Of a stretch of 64,000 nt of DNA, positions 49,069 through 58,490 are shown in pieces. Source of the stretch: a bacterium (GTDB taxonomy: Bacteria > Patescibacteriota > Microgenomatia > JAMCZE01); NCBI GenBank assembly GCA_021836035.1, contig JAKBJL010000002.1, positions 3,691 to 67,690 of the forward strand, given 5' to 3'. A program made the translations under genes and the position numbers. The notes under the pieces were generated by a model. The model saw nothing but the letters and a program-made list of their open reading frames with translations. It was not told where the DNA came from and did no database searches. The stretch's first letter is position 1; each line of letters starts with the position of its first letter.

Positions 49069-50009
49069 CGGAGGTTACAAAAATATTGACAGGTTAAATT
49101 AATCCCCTCCTCAAAAGAGACCTCGGGCTTCCATTTCAACAATATTTCCGCCTTGCGGATATCGGCGAGGGTATTCTTGGGCTCAATAACCGCGGGGCCG
49201 TGAACCGGCTTAATAGCGGAACCGAGGCTCTCCAGAATTTTTTTGGTAACCTCATTTACCGAATAATTCTTTCCCCCGCCGATATTAAAATAATTGCCCA
49301 AAACCTTTTTATTGCGGCTTGTGGCCGCCAGGATATTTGCCCGTACCACATCGGAAACATAAGTAAAATCCCTGGTTTGTTTTCCGTTTCCGTATATCTT
49401 CGGGCTTTCCCCGGACTTAATTAACCTGATAAATTTGGGAATTAAATTGGAATAGTCGCCGTCGGGATTCTGCCTCGGTCCGTAAACATTAAAATACCTC
49501 AGGCTTACGGTTTCTAATTTGTAAATGAGAGTAAATAAGCGGCAGTAGAATTCGCCGGTCATTTTTTGCAAGGCATAGGGGGAAATGGGGCTTAAGCCCA
49601 TCGTCTCCGTCAGGGGAAGGGTTGTTTGGTCGCCGTAGACGGAGGAGCTTGAGGAAAAAATAAAACGTTTTATCTGATATTTACGGCTAAGCAATAATAA
49701 ATTTAAAGTGCCGTTAATATTGTTATCATGGGTTTCCTGCGGATAATCAATTGAGTACTGTACTCTCGGTTTCGCGGCGAGATGAAACACCCAATCAAAT
49801 TTTTCCCGCTTAAATAAATTTTCCAAATTATCCTTAATATTTTTTTTAGCAAAAGTAAAATGTTTATGATTAAAACATGCTGCCAAATTCTTTTCTTTCC
49901 CGGTAGACAGATCGTCAATCGCTGTTACTTCGTAACCCCTGCTCAACAAACGCTCTGCTAGGTGGCTACCGATAAAACCGGCACCGCCGGTCACTAAACA
50001 TTTCATATT
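49065..50009 (-). CDS. NAD-dependent nucleotide-sugar epimerase/dehydratase (SDR, GalE-like)
   Basis: MKCLVTGGAGFIGSHL with a YxxxK catalytic motif. The start was trimmed to MKC to avoid overlap with the upstream GT4. Confidence 0.8.
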   Translation of the reverse strand, partial: NMKCLVTGGAGFIGSHLAERLLSRGYEVTAIDDLSTGKEKNLAACFNHKHFTFAKKNIKDNLENLFKREKFDWVFHLAAKPRVQYSIDYPQETHDNNINGTLNLLLLSRKYQIKRFIFSSSSSVYGDQTTLPLTETMGLSPISPYALQKMTGEFYCRLFTLIYKLETVSLRYFNVYGPRQNPDGDYSNLIPKFIRLIKSGESPKIYGNGKQTRDFTYVSDVVRANILAATSRNKKVLGNYFNIGGGKNYSVNEVTKKILESLGSAIKPVHGPAVIEPKNTLADIRKAEILLKWKPEVSFEEGINLTCQYFCNLR

Positions 50010-51160
50010 TAATCTTCCGATATTATACAGTCCAATTGTTTTATGGAGGTATCCCAATTAAACGCTTTGGCGATAAGCTTCTGCGCCTTCCCGGACAACT
50101 CTGTTGCTAATTGCTCATTTTCTAAAATCCTGCTGATTGCCCCCGACAACCCCCGGATATCACCCGGGCTTATCGTAAGGGCCGTTTTATTTTTAAGGGC
50201 GATTTCGTCTGTTCCGGGAATATCCGTACAAACTACCGGCGTACCGACGGAAAAGGACTCTAAAATACTGTGGGGCAAGCCTTCATAAATTGAGTTGAGG
50301 ATAAACAAATTGGAGTCGGCAAGAATTTTTAAGGTTTCCTCCCGTCTTTTTCTGCCGAGAAACCGGACAAAGGGAGCTATTAAATATTTTTTCTGCAATT
50401 CCGCCGCCAGCTTTTCCAAATTGGCTTTTTCCTGACCGTCGCCGACGACTACCAGTTTTACCCCGATCCCCCTTTTTTTATTAACCAGAGCGACGGCTTC
50501 GATTATCCCGTCAACTTTTTTCCAGGGCACCAGCCGTCCGAAATAAATAGCCCGGTAGGCGTTTTTCTTTTTAAAATTCCGTTTGCTTGGTTTTGGAAGA
50601 TCAATAGCGTTATAAATTAGCGTAATTTTGGAGCGCTTAATTTGGTATTTAGTAAAAATAATATCAGCCAGGAATTTCGAAGGCACTATTATTTTATCGG
50701 CCAGTAAAAAAGACAGTCTGGTTAATAGTATTACTACCCTGCTCCCCAACCCCGAATCCGGTTGTTCTAAAAATGCGGGGAGAAACTTTCCGGTTAGCCC
50801 CTTTGCGAATGCCGTTTCCCAGGCAGGATCCCCCACATACTTAAGCAAAACCTTTTTATGCAATAGCTTCCCGATAACCACCGTTGCCAATCCGGCCACA
50901 ATCGGATCCTGAGCAAAGAACACTTCGCAATCCCGACCGTAAATAAGCAATTTCCGTACCAAATCGAATTGGCGTGTCAGAGTATTACCCTCCTGGGTTA
51001 CTGCGTATATTTCGGCTCCGTCTAGGTTGTCGGGATTGGGAGTAAAAGTTAAGACGCAAAAAGAGTATTTGTCTTTTAGTCTTTTAATTATTTCCGGGAC
51101 ATAAGAAGCCGGACCGCCTGTTTCCGGGGGGAAAATGGAAGTAGCAATCAGAATCTTCAT
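50009..51160 (-). CDS. glycosyltransferase family 4
   Basis: LNSIYEGLPHSILESFSVGTPVVCT. A paralogous partial copy occurs at 62924-63667. Confidence 0.8.
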   Translation of the reverse strand: MKILIATSIFPPETGGPASYVPEIIKRLKDKYSFCVLTFTPNPDNLDGAEIYAVTQEGNTLTRQFDLVRKLLIYGRDCEVFFAQDPIVAGLATVVIGKLLHKKVLLKYVGDPAWETAFAKGLTGKFLPAFLEQPDSGLGSRVVILLTRLSFLLADKIIVPSKFLADIIFTKYQIKRSKITLIYNAIDLPKPSKRNFKKKNAYRAIYFGRLVPWKKVDGIIEAVALVNKKRGIGVKLVVVGDGQEKANLEKLAAELQKKYLIAPFVRFLGRKRREETLKILADSNLFILNSIYEGLPHSILESFSVGTPVVCTDIPGTDEIALKNKTALTISPGDIRGLSGAISRILENEQLATELSGKAQKLIAKAFNWDTSIKQLDCIISED

Positions 51161-51400
51161 TAATGAATTATCTTCCTATTGGACGGCCTTGGCAATTTGG
51201 GAGGCTACGGATAACCTGCCCTTATCACCAAGGTGCTCGTTAATCGGACCTTCCGTTTTCCAGACAAAATCCGCCGACGGCAACGAATAGGAAAGGTCTA
51301 GAACTTTAACGTTGGGCCCTTTTAAGACCGATTTTACAACGCGGATATTCTCTTTGATGACCGCGGTAATTTCCGGGCCAAAGTTTTCTTGGATAGTCTG
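50460..51400. repeat. copy A of an approximately 0.95-kb paralogous segment (GT4 5' part, intergenic, SGNH-like 3' end)
   Basis: At the nucleotide level, attaaccagagcgacggcttcgattatcccgtcaac... matches attaaccagagcaacggcttcgattatcccgtcaac... at 62983. Identity is about 80-90% across the block. Confidence 0.6.
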
Positions 51401-52153
51401 ATAATCAAGGGGCGTAAAATAAAAAATCAAATTGACCGGATATTCCCGGAAACAATCAATAATATCTCTTAAAGATTTAATTTTGCGGTGACCGGGACTA
51501 ACGGGTTGCAGATATTCGAAAGCGATAATCTTTTTAAACTCCTCGGGGGAATATTTAAAACTATCGATTTTCATAATATCCCGGACTAGGGCAATTTTAT
51601 GCTTCCCGATATATATAGGAGTATTATTAAAGTTATCCGCGCTAGCCCCGTTTAACAATTGATCAGCCTTAAAAACAGCCAGGGGATTATAAGCCGCCAC
51701 TCCCAATGGATACTTGGCTAAGTTTAAGAATAATCGTTCCCGCTCAAACTGGTATTCGGGCCGCAAATCCCATTCCGGAGAAAAAGAACGGATGTTAACC
51801 GGAATAATAATAGCCTGCGGTTTAACTCTCCGGCCGGCGATATACTTGCTATATGCAAGATAAATATCGGGTTGGGAAGCGGCTTGGGCAATTGCCGCGA
51901 CCGTCAGGGGTTTTACCAAATCACTAGTCATCTGCGGCAGGGTCCGCTTATCAGTATCCGTAGCCGCTACCCTCTCTATAATACTATCCCCGAAGTAAAG
52001 GATATCCTTTGGGGAACTCAGATTATCAAAATTAGTAGCGAAACCTTCCGAAACAGAATTTGCGACAGCCGAAGGTTTAAAGGAATAAATCAGCAATTGC
52101 AAAACGATAACCAGAAAAGCAAATATCAGGACTTTATACAAAAAAATCTTCAT
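51176..52153 (-). CDS. SGNH/DltD-AlgJ-like O-acyltransferase partner protein
   Basis: 325 aa with an N-terminal TM anchor, directly downstream of the MBOAT gene. The call rests on context, not on a strong motif. Confidence 0.4.
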   Translation of the reverse strand: MKIFLYKVLIFAFLVIVLQLLIYSFKPSAVANSVSEGFATNFDNLSSPKDILYFGDSIIERVAATDTDKRTLPQMTSDLVKPLTVAAIAQAASQPDIYLAYSKYIAGRRVKPQAIIIPVNIRSFSPEWDLRPEYQFERERLFLNLAKYPLGVAAYNPLAVFKADQLLNGASADNFNNTPIYIGKHKIALVRDIMKIDSFKYSPEEFKKIIAFEYLQPVSPGHRKIKSLRDIIDCFREYPVNLIFYFTPLDYQTIQENFGPEITAVIKENIRVVKSVLKGPNVKVLDLSYSLPSADFVWKTEGPINEHLGDKGRLSVASQIAKAVQ

Positions 52154-52155
52154 TA

Positions 52156-53667
52156 CTAAAACTGAAAGTAGATAAATTTCGATGGCTTCATGGCTCCAAA
52201 ATTAATTATTAAGAGAACAATAACTATATATACAAACCAGCGCGCCGTTAAAGGCAGGCGGGAAAATCGCTCCCAGAAATTATCGCGTCTGTCCAGGTAT
52301 TCAAAAACTAATAAAATTAATAGGCCGATAACCAGCATCATAAATTCAAGCTCGGGCATATCCATCTTCAAGGGTAAATATAATTGATACAGCAATAATT
52401 TATTGGCCTGTCCGGAAAGAACTAACGGCAGCGATTCCCAAAAATAACGAAAATATCCTCCCCAACCCCGAAAGATATCTAAGGCAATATATCGGGCATC
52501 GAAAAGGTTATTGGCGCGAAAGAAGATCCAGGCATAAGTAACTATGACAAAGGTAGTTAATATTTTGATCGCGGAAAATATTTTTAATCCTAAACCCGAG
52601 AGAATATTTTCCAGCAGAACCATCGGCCGGCTAATAAACCTGCCCAATAAATAATAGGAGGCGTGAAGAGCTCCCCAAATAATAAAGGTCCAGTTGGCCC
52701 CGTGCCAAAGACCGCTCAAAAGAAAAACCGCCAGGATGGCGATTATAAAACGATTTATGCCGTACCGACTGCCTCCGATCGGGATATAGACATAATCACG
52801 AAACCAGGAAGAAAGAGAAATATGCCATCTTTGCCAGAAGTCACCGATATCCTTTGCCAGATACGGATGGCGGAAGTTAACCATTAATTTAATGCCCATT
52901 ACCCGGGCCGCTCCGATCGCAATATCCGAATAAGCGGAGAAATCACAATAGATTTGGACCGCAAAATAAAAAGTCGCCATAAACAGAACCGGGCCGTGAA
53001 ACAGCGTCGGCTGGTTATAAATATAATTAACCGCCACCGCCAGACGGTCGGCAATAAACATTTTTTTAAATAGCCCCCAGGCCATAAGCCGCAACCCGCT
53101 TACGGCATTATCGTAATTGAACGAGTGCCTAACTTTTATCTGCGGCAGGAGATTTTGCGGCCGTTCGATCGGCCCGGCAACCAACTGCGGATAAAACACG
53201 ACATAGAGGGCATAGGTCAAGATCTTTTTCTCCGGCTTTATTTTACCCCGATAAACCTCGATCGTATAAGCCATGGCCTGGAAAGTATGGAAGGAAAGGC
53301 CTATCGGCAAAATAATTTCTAACAGAGGGGTAGCATAGCCAACCCCCAGCCAATTAAATAAGGCATTAAGATTAGCGCTAAAGAAGTTGAAATACTTGAA
53401 AAAGCCCAGAAAACCGAGATTGGAAATCAGGCTGATGGTTAAAAATAACCCCCTCTTGGTCTTTTTGCTTTTTGCGATCAGAATTCCCGCAAAGTAGTCA
53501 ATAATAATCAAAGTAATTAAAATGAAAATATAACGGGGAATAAATACCATATAAAATACGGCACCGGCCAAAAGCAGGAGAATGGTACGAAACCTAAAAG
53601 GCAAAACGAAATAAAGGAGGGTAACGATCGGAAAAAACAGGACAAACTGCCAAGAGTTAAATAACAT
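52156..53667 (-). CDS. MBOAT family membrane-bound O-acyltransferase (AlgI/DltB-like)
   Basis: [23 protein letters not shown] and the conserved His region [22 protein letters not shown]. Confidence 0.85.
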   Translation of the reverse strand: [503 protein letters not shown]

Positions 53668-53730
53668 ACGTATCTCCCACCATCCTTAAATTTAGCTACC
53701 CCGTTGTCTCTCTTTAAAAAATGAAGTGTT

Positions 53731-54633
53731 TTATCTGTTAAATTTTTTCTTCTCGAATATCCTAAAGTGATCAATAATATATTGCAGGAAAAGTATAGGC
53801 GGGTTTAAGAGAAGTCCCGCCCTGGGGTGAAGTATGGGAAAAACCCGTAAGGCCTTCCAGGTACGGTATATACTGTGCCTTGGTTTTATTAAGCCCCGGG
53901 GTGTTAAAATTAAATCAACGTTTGCCAAATCGAATGCATGACTCCTGTCGGGATCTAAGAGAATATTAATCTGGCGCTCGGATCCTGAAAGTATCTTCTC
54001 CAAACCTCCGGCATGAGAATAATCGTGATTTTGATGAACGGCGGTTATGACAGAAGACGCATCAACAAGAGGAATATTTTTCTTTTTCGCCTGATAAAGA
54101 AACCAATTATCCCAAACCGATCTGCCTATAATAAATGGCGGTATTTCCAAATCCAAACCTCTGGGAAAAATAAAATAATCTACCGCCTTGATTGATCTGA
54201 TGTTCCCTTCTTTCTGCACCTTTTTGGTAAAGTCCTTTTTCCAATTTCCCCTAAATATATTTTCTTTTTTGGTATCAAAATCCCAGCGTTGCCCGATAAT
54301 TAAAAACTTTTTGCTGCTAATCTCCGATATTTTGGGTAAACATTCGCTAAGCATAATCAAGTCGGAATTAATATATGCCAACAATGGGTATTTGGCCGCC
54401 CGTTCAGCTTGGGAAAATAAATCGGAAACAATCGGGGTGCCTTCCTTGCTGAGTTTTATCCGTGGAATATGCCTTAAACCATACTTTCCGGCTATTTCTC
54501 TTACGCCATCTTCATCTCCCAACAGAATAATTTCACATTTCGGGCTCAGTTTGCTCCAGCTTAAAATAGCGTTTTCCTGAATATCGGCAAATCTGCCCTT
54601 AAATGCTTTAGGAGTAGTAAAAATTGTAAGCAT
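53731..54633 (-). CDS. hypothetical protein, possibly GT-A-like
   Basis: 300 aa and soluble, with DEDG and NSDLIM acidic motifs. There is no firm family assignment. Confidence 0.3.
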   Translation of the reverse strand: MLTIFTTPKAFKGRFADIQENAILSWSKLSPKCEIILLGDEDGVREIAGKYGLRHIPRIKLSKEGTPIVSDLFSQAERAAKYPLLAYINSDLIMLSECLPKISEISSKKFLIIGQRWDFDTKKENIFRGNWKKDFTKKVQKEGNIRSIKAVDYFIFPRGLDLEIPPFIIGRSVWDNWFLYQAKKKNIPLVDASSVITAVHQNHDYSHAGGLEKILSGSERQINILLDPDRSHAFDLANVDLILTPRGLIKPRHSIYRTWKALRVFPILHPRAGLLLNPPILFLQYIIDHFRIFEKKKFNR

Positions 54634-54681
54634 AAATATGCGCCTGGAATTCCGGGAGAAATTGTGCGGTTAATTTATATT

Positions 54682-55674
54682 TTAGATTCCCCTGTCTTTC
54701 AGCTTTGCTACCTGTTTATTAATCCAATTATAAGTCGGGATTAATCCCTGTGTCAGACTAATTCTTGGTTCCCAATTCAACTTTTCTCTTGCCAATCTGT
54801 TGTCAGAATTCCTCCCCCTGACGCCCGTTGGTCCTTCTGTATGATCAATGGTTATTTCTTTAGCTGCAATGTTAATAATTATGTTTGCCAACCGGTTTAT
54901 GGAAACCATTTCTTCCGAACCGATATTTACAGGTCCGCTGAAATTCGGAGTATCCATTAGTTTTCTCATCCCATCAAGGCAATCTTCAATATACAGAAAA
55001 GACCTTGTTTGCCGTCCGTCCCCCCACATCTCGATCCGGCCCGGATTCGAAGCTTCCGCAACCTTACGGCAAGTTGCGGCCGGTACCTTTTCTCTTCCGC
55101 CCCGCCAGGTGCCTTCGGGTCCATATACGTTATGAAATCTGGCTATTCTGACTTTCAGGTGGTAATTTTTTTGATAGCTTAAATATAAATGTTCGCTAAA
55201 AAGTTTTTCCCATCCATATTCACTATCGGGGTCTGCGGGATAAGCCGAGTCTTCCGAGCAAACCGGATTTTCCGGATCTTTTTGATTATAAGAAGGATAA
55301 ACGCAGGCCGAAGAAGAATAAAATACCTCGCCGGCTCCCCTTAATTTGAGAGCATTTAAAACATTAAGATTAATTATTGCGGAATCAGATATTATCTCCG
55401 CGTCGTGTTCACCGGTAAAAATATAACCGGCTCCGCCCATATTTGCCGCCAGCTGGTATACTTCGTTAAACTTTCGGTCAAAGACTCGGTTAACAAAATC
55501 TTTTTCTCTTAAGTCACCGATTATAAATTCGTCAGCGGTAGACTTGCTGAATTCCGGTTCTTTGATATCAACTCCCCTTACCCAATAGTTATCGCGGCTT
55601 AACCGCTTAACCAGATGGCTGCCGATAAATCCTCCGGCACCGCATACTAAAGCTGTTTTTTCTTTTTTAAACAT
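54682..55674 (-). CDS. NAD-dependent epimerase/dehydratase (SDR), likely a UDP-uronate epimerase/decarboxylase-type partner of the adjacent dehydrogenase
   Basis: LVCGAGGFIGSHLVKRL Rossmann motif and YGWEK (YxxxK). The specific substrate is inferred only from context. Confidence 0.75.
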   Translation of the reverse strand: MFKKEKTALVCGAGGFIGSHLVKRLSRDNYWVRGVDIKEPEFSKSTADEFIIGDLREKDFVNRVFDRKFNEVYQLAANMGGAGYIFTGEHDAEIISDSAIINLNVLNALKLRGAGEVFYSSSACVYPSYNQKDPENPVCSEDSAYPADPDSEYGWEKLFSEHLYLSYQKNYHLKVRIARFHNVYGPEGTWRGGREKVPAATCRKVAEASNPGRIEMWGDGRQTRSFLYIEDCLDGMRKLMDTPNFSGPVNIGSEEMVSINRLANIIINIAAKEITIDHTEGPTGVRGRNSDNRLAREKLNWEPRISLTQGLIPTYNWINKQVAKLKDRGI

Positions 55675-55683
55675 CGCGGACTT

Positions 55684-57015
55684 TCATTGATGAATTCCCA
55701 AAGGAATATATTTTGTACTTTCAGGCAGCTTTTGCCGATTCAAAATCCTCCAACAATCAATAATTGTATGGTTGTCCCTTAATAATTTACTATCGATTGT
55801 TTTGTATATTTTGTCCGAAGTGGCAATTACACATAATTTGCTTTTAGCGATAGCTTCAGCCACCGAAGCGCAATAAATTACCCGGCTGTTAAACTTGCTT
55901 TTTGTATTTTCCATAGCCAAAGGATCATAAACATAAACCCGGAATCTCTTTTCAATTAAACTTCTCACCAATTTAATTCCCGGAGACTCGGTGATTACAG
56001 ACGTACCCGGTTTGAAAGCCATACCCAGCACCGTGACACTATTTTCGCCGCTATCCGCAGCGGCCCGCAATACTTTCTCCAACAAAAGCTTATTCTGCAG
56101 ATTATTTATTTCTTCCGTTGCTTCTACCAGGGGGGTTTTAATTTTGAATTTTTTCCCTAAAGCTCTAAAAGCACCCGTATCCCGGGGAAAACAGGTCCCT
56201 CCGTAACCCAACCCGCCCTTTAAATAATAAGGTGAGATACGGCGATCGGCTCCCAAAGCCTTACACACCTTATCTACACTCCCTCCGGGTATTCTCTCGC
56301 ATATATTGGCAATGGAATTAGCAAAACTAATCTTCATGGTTATAAAAGTATTTAAGGCCATTTTGACAATTTCGGCATTAATCAGGGACATTCTAAAGAC
56401 TGGCGTACCTACCGGACATAAGCTTTGATATAATTTTTGGCTTAAAGAACCGGCGTGTTTGTCACTCTCACCGATAAGCACCAAATCGGGATTCAGAAAA
56501 TCATGAATTACAGACCCCAAAGCAACAAAATCCGGAATATAACATACCCCAAATCCTTTATTTAGACGGCGGTTGGAATATTTCTCTATTAAGGGAATTA
56601 GTTTTTCGTTAATTGTGGTAGGCATCACGGTGCTGCTGACAATGAACAAATGATATTTTTTAGGACTATTCTTCAGCGCTGCGGATAAAGACTTCAGCGC
56701 GGTCTCGATATATTTATTGGAAAAATTATCTTTCCTGTCGCTGGGGGTAGCCACAATAACTATCGTAATATCCGTTTCCCCAATAGCCCGACGATGGTCG
56801 GAAGTAACCTGAAGTCTTTTCTTTACCCTCTTTAACAATTCCCCTAAACCTTTTTCCGCGATGGGTGACTGTCCCGCGTTTATAGCCGCAACTATATTTG
56901 AATTGATATCTATGCCCAGTACCCGGTATCCTTTCGAGGCAAAACACGCTGCCAGACATAAACCCAGCTTCCCCAGACCAACCACTGATATTTTTGGCGG
57001 AACAATTTTATTCAT
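55684..57015 (-). CDS. UDP-glucose/GDP-mannose 6-dehydrogenase family nucleotide-sugar dehydrogenase
   Basis: N-terminal VVGLGKLGLCLAACFASKGYRVLGIDIN and the catalytic Cys motif GGTCFPRD. Confidence 0.85.
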   Translation of the reverse strand: MNKIVPPKISVVGLGKLGLCLAACFASKGYRVLGIDINSNIVAAINAGQSPIAEKGLGELLKRVKKRLQVTSDHRRAIGETDITIVIVATPSDRKDNFSNKYIETALKSLSAALKNSPKKYHLFIVSSTVMPTTINEKLIPLIEKYSNRRLNKGFGVCYIPDFVALGSVIHDFLNPDLVLIGESDKHAGSLSQKLYQSLCPVGTPVFRMSLINAEIVKMALNTFITMKISFANSIANICERIPGGSVDKVCKALGADRRISPYYLKGGLGYGGTCFPRDTGAFRALGKKFKIKTPLVEATEEINNLQNKLLLEKVLRAAADSGENSVTVLGMAFKPGTSVITESPGIKLVRSLIEKRFRVYVYDPLAMENTKSKFNSRVIYCASVAEAIAKSKLCVIATSDKIYKTIDSKLLRDNHTIIDCWRILNRQKLPESTKYIPLGIHQ

Positions 57016-58490
57016 TAAATTTCCAATGCGCCTTTCCAGCTTGGGTATGGTTTATAGTCATAATATTTATTTTTGTTATTTTTTAAACAGGTTTTGTATT
57101 TAGGATTATTAGTTACAATCTCGATTTCGTCAAGGCTTTTGATATCAAGATGCTTTTTACCGGATAAAAAATAGGCGAATTGTTTAATTTTTAAAGGATT
57201 AAAACCCATCAGGCGGGTACTTACCACGTCTACGGCAAGTAAGCTTTCGCCACCGACCAATATTCCCGATCTCTTCGGATCGGGGACCAGCGGCCCCATA
57301 TTCTCGCCGCCAACAATGCCGTCCACAATCGAAAAAGTTTTCCGTACTTTCCGGGGTAATTCCCTGCCTCCGGAGGAATAATAATAAATAATCCTAAAGA
57401 GGTCGGCTACCCCCCGCCAGGCAGTATCGTTTCCCGGCCAATTGCCGGCATCCCAAATCCTTTTTTCAGCCGGAATATTTAAACCAAACCGGGCAAGCAA
57501 CTTTAAATACAACCCTCCGTATATCAAACGGTGGACCGTGTCATAAACGGTTTGCCTTTTTGCCAAAAATTTATCATACATCCACCTCTCAAAATGGATA
57601 ACAATCTTCTCTTTCCCCGATAACAATTTATCCGGGAATTGATCCCCCTTCGCGGAGGGTGTTCCCAAACGATAATGGACAAATGAATTTTTATTAGTAC
57701 AAATCCCTACTAATCCTTTGCCGTTTAGGGTAACCCCGACTTTTTTATGAACTTTCATTTTGGGAAGAGAAATATAGACATCGGCTTCCAGGACTGACCG
57801 GGATAATTCATATATGTTTCTGCCTTCGGTATGGTGAGAAATTGTCTCATGGCGGTCATAAAAAGCTCCGTAAAAATTTTTATTTTCTATCCCCCATAAG
57901 GCGCTATCTTCTTTTAGGTCACAGAGGACCGACCCTTTCGGATCGCCCCGCAAAGGAATCATAAAAGAACTAAAGTGGCGGGACTTTGACCAATAATTCT
58001 GCAAGTTCAGGTAACTGACACGGGGACCGGGATATTTTCGATAAAAATTACATACATCGTCCAGCCCTGTTACTTTAATTAAATTGGTAAAGTTACAGTC
58101 ATATTGGGGTGCATCTGCAATAATAATTTTGCCTTTGCCCGCTAAGGCGATCCAGCAATAATCGCTTACCGCCCTGATAACTGCAGGGTGGGTAATAATG
58201 CCATATATACTTTTACCACCGCGATGGCGATCAAGCACAAAGTTCGGTTTAATTATTACGGTCATGCCCGGTTTAATTAACCATTTCAGCGGATTCCAGC
58301 CTACCGAACCGAAGTTTCCAATATCGTATTTCAGGGAATGCAGCAGCTCTCTGACGCCATTATATACGTCATTCCGTTCTCCTTTCTGCAGCTCGGCAAA
58401 GGGGTATTCCGGAAATTTATGCGAAGGATGATAGGGAGCCGAACGGGGGTAGCGCGTGCGACCCATATCGTAAATCCCCACCCTGGTCAT
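57015..58490 (-). CDS. hypothetical protein (491 aa)
   Basis: Soluble with no confident family. The ORF is strong and starts and ends are tightly packed with the neighbours. Confidence 0.35.
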   Translation of the reverse strand: MTRVGIYDMGRTRYPRSAPYHPSHKFPEYPFAELQKGERNDVYNGVRELLHSLKYDIGNFGSVGWNPLKWLIKPGMTVIIKPNFVLDRHRGGKSIYGIITHPAVIRAVSDYCWIALAGKGKIIIADAPQYDCNFTNLIKVTGLDDVCNFYRKYPGPRVSYLNLQNYWSKSRHFSSFMIPLRGDPKGSVLCDLKEDSALWGIENKNFYGAFYDRHETISHHTEGRNIYELSRSVLEADVYISLPKMKVHKKVGVTLNGKGLVGICTNKNSFVHYRLGTPSAKGDQFPDKLLSGKEKIVIHFERWMYDKFLAKRQTVYDTVHRLIYGGLYLKLLARFGLNIPAEKRIWDAGNWPGNDTAWRGVADLFRIIYYYSSGGRELPRKVRKTFSIVDGIVGGENMGPLVPDPKRSGILVGGESLLAVDVVSTRLMGFNPLKIKQFAYFLSGKKHLDIKSLDEIEIVTNNPKYKTCLKNNKNKYYDYKPYPSWKGALEI

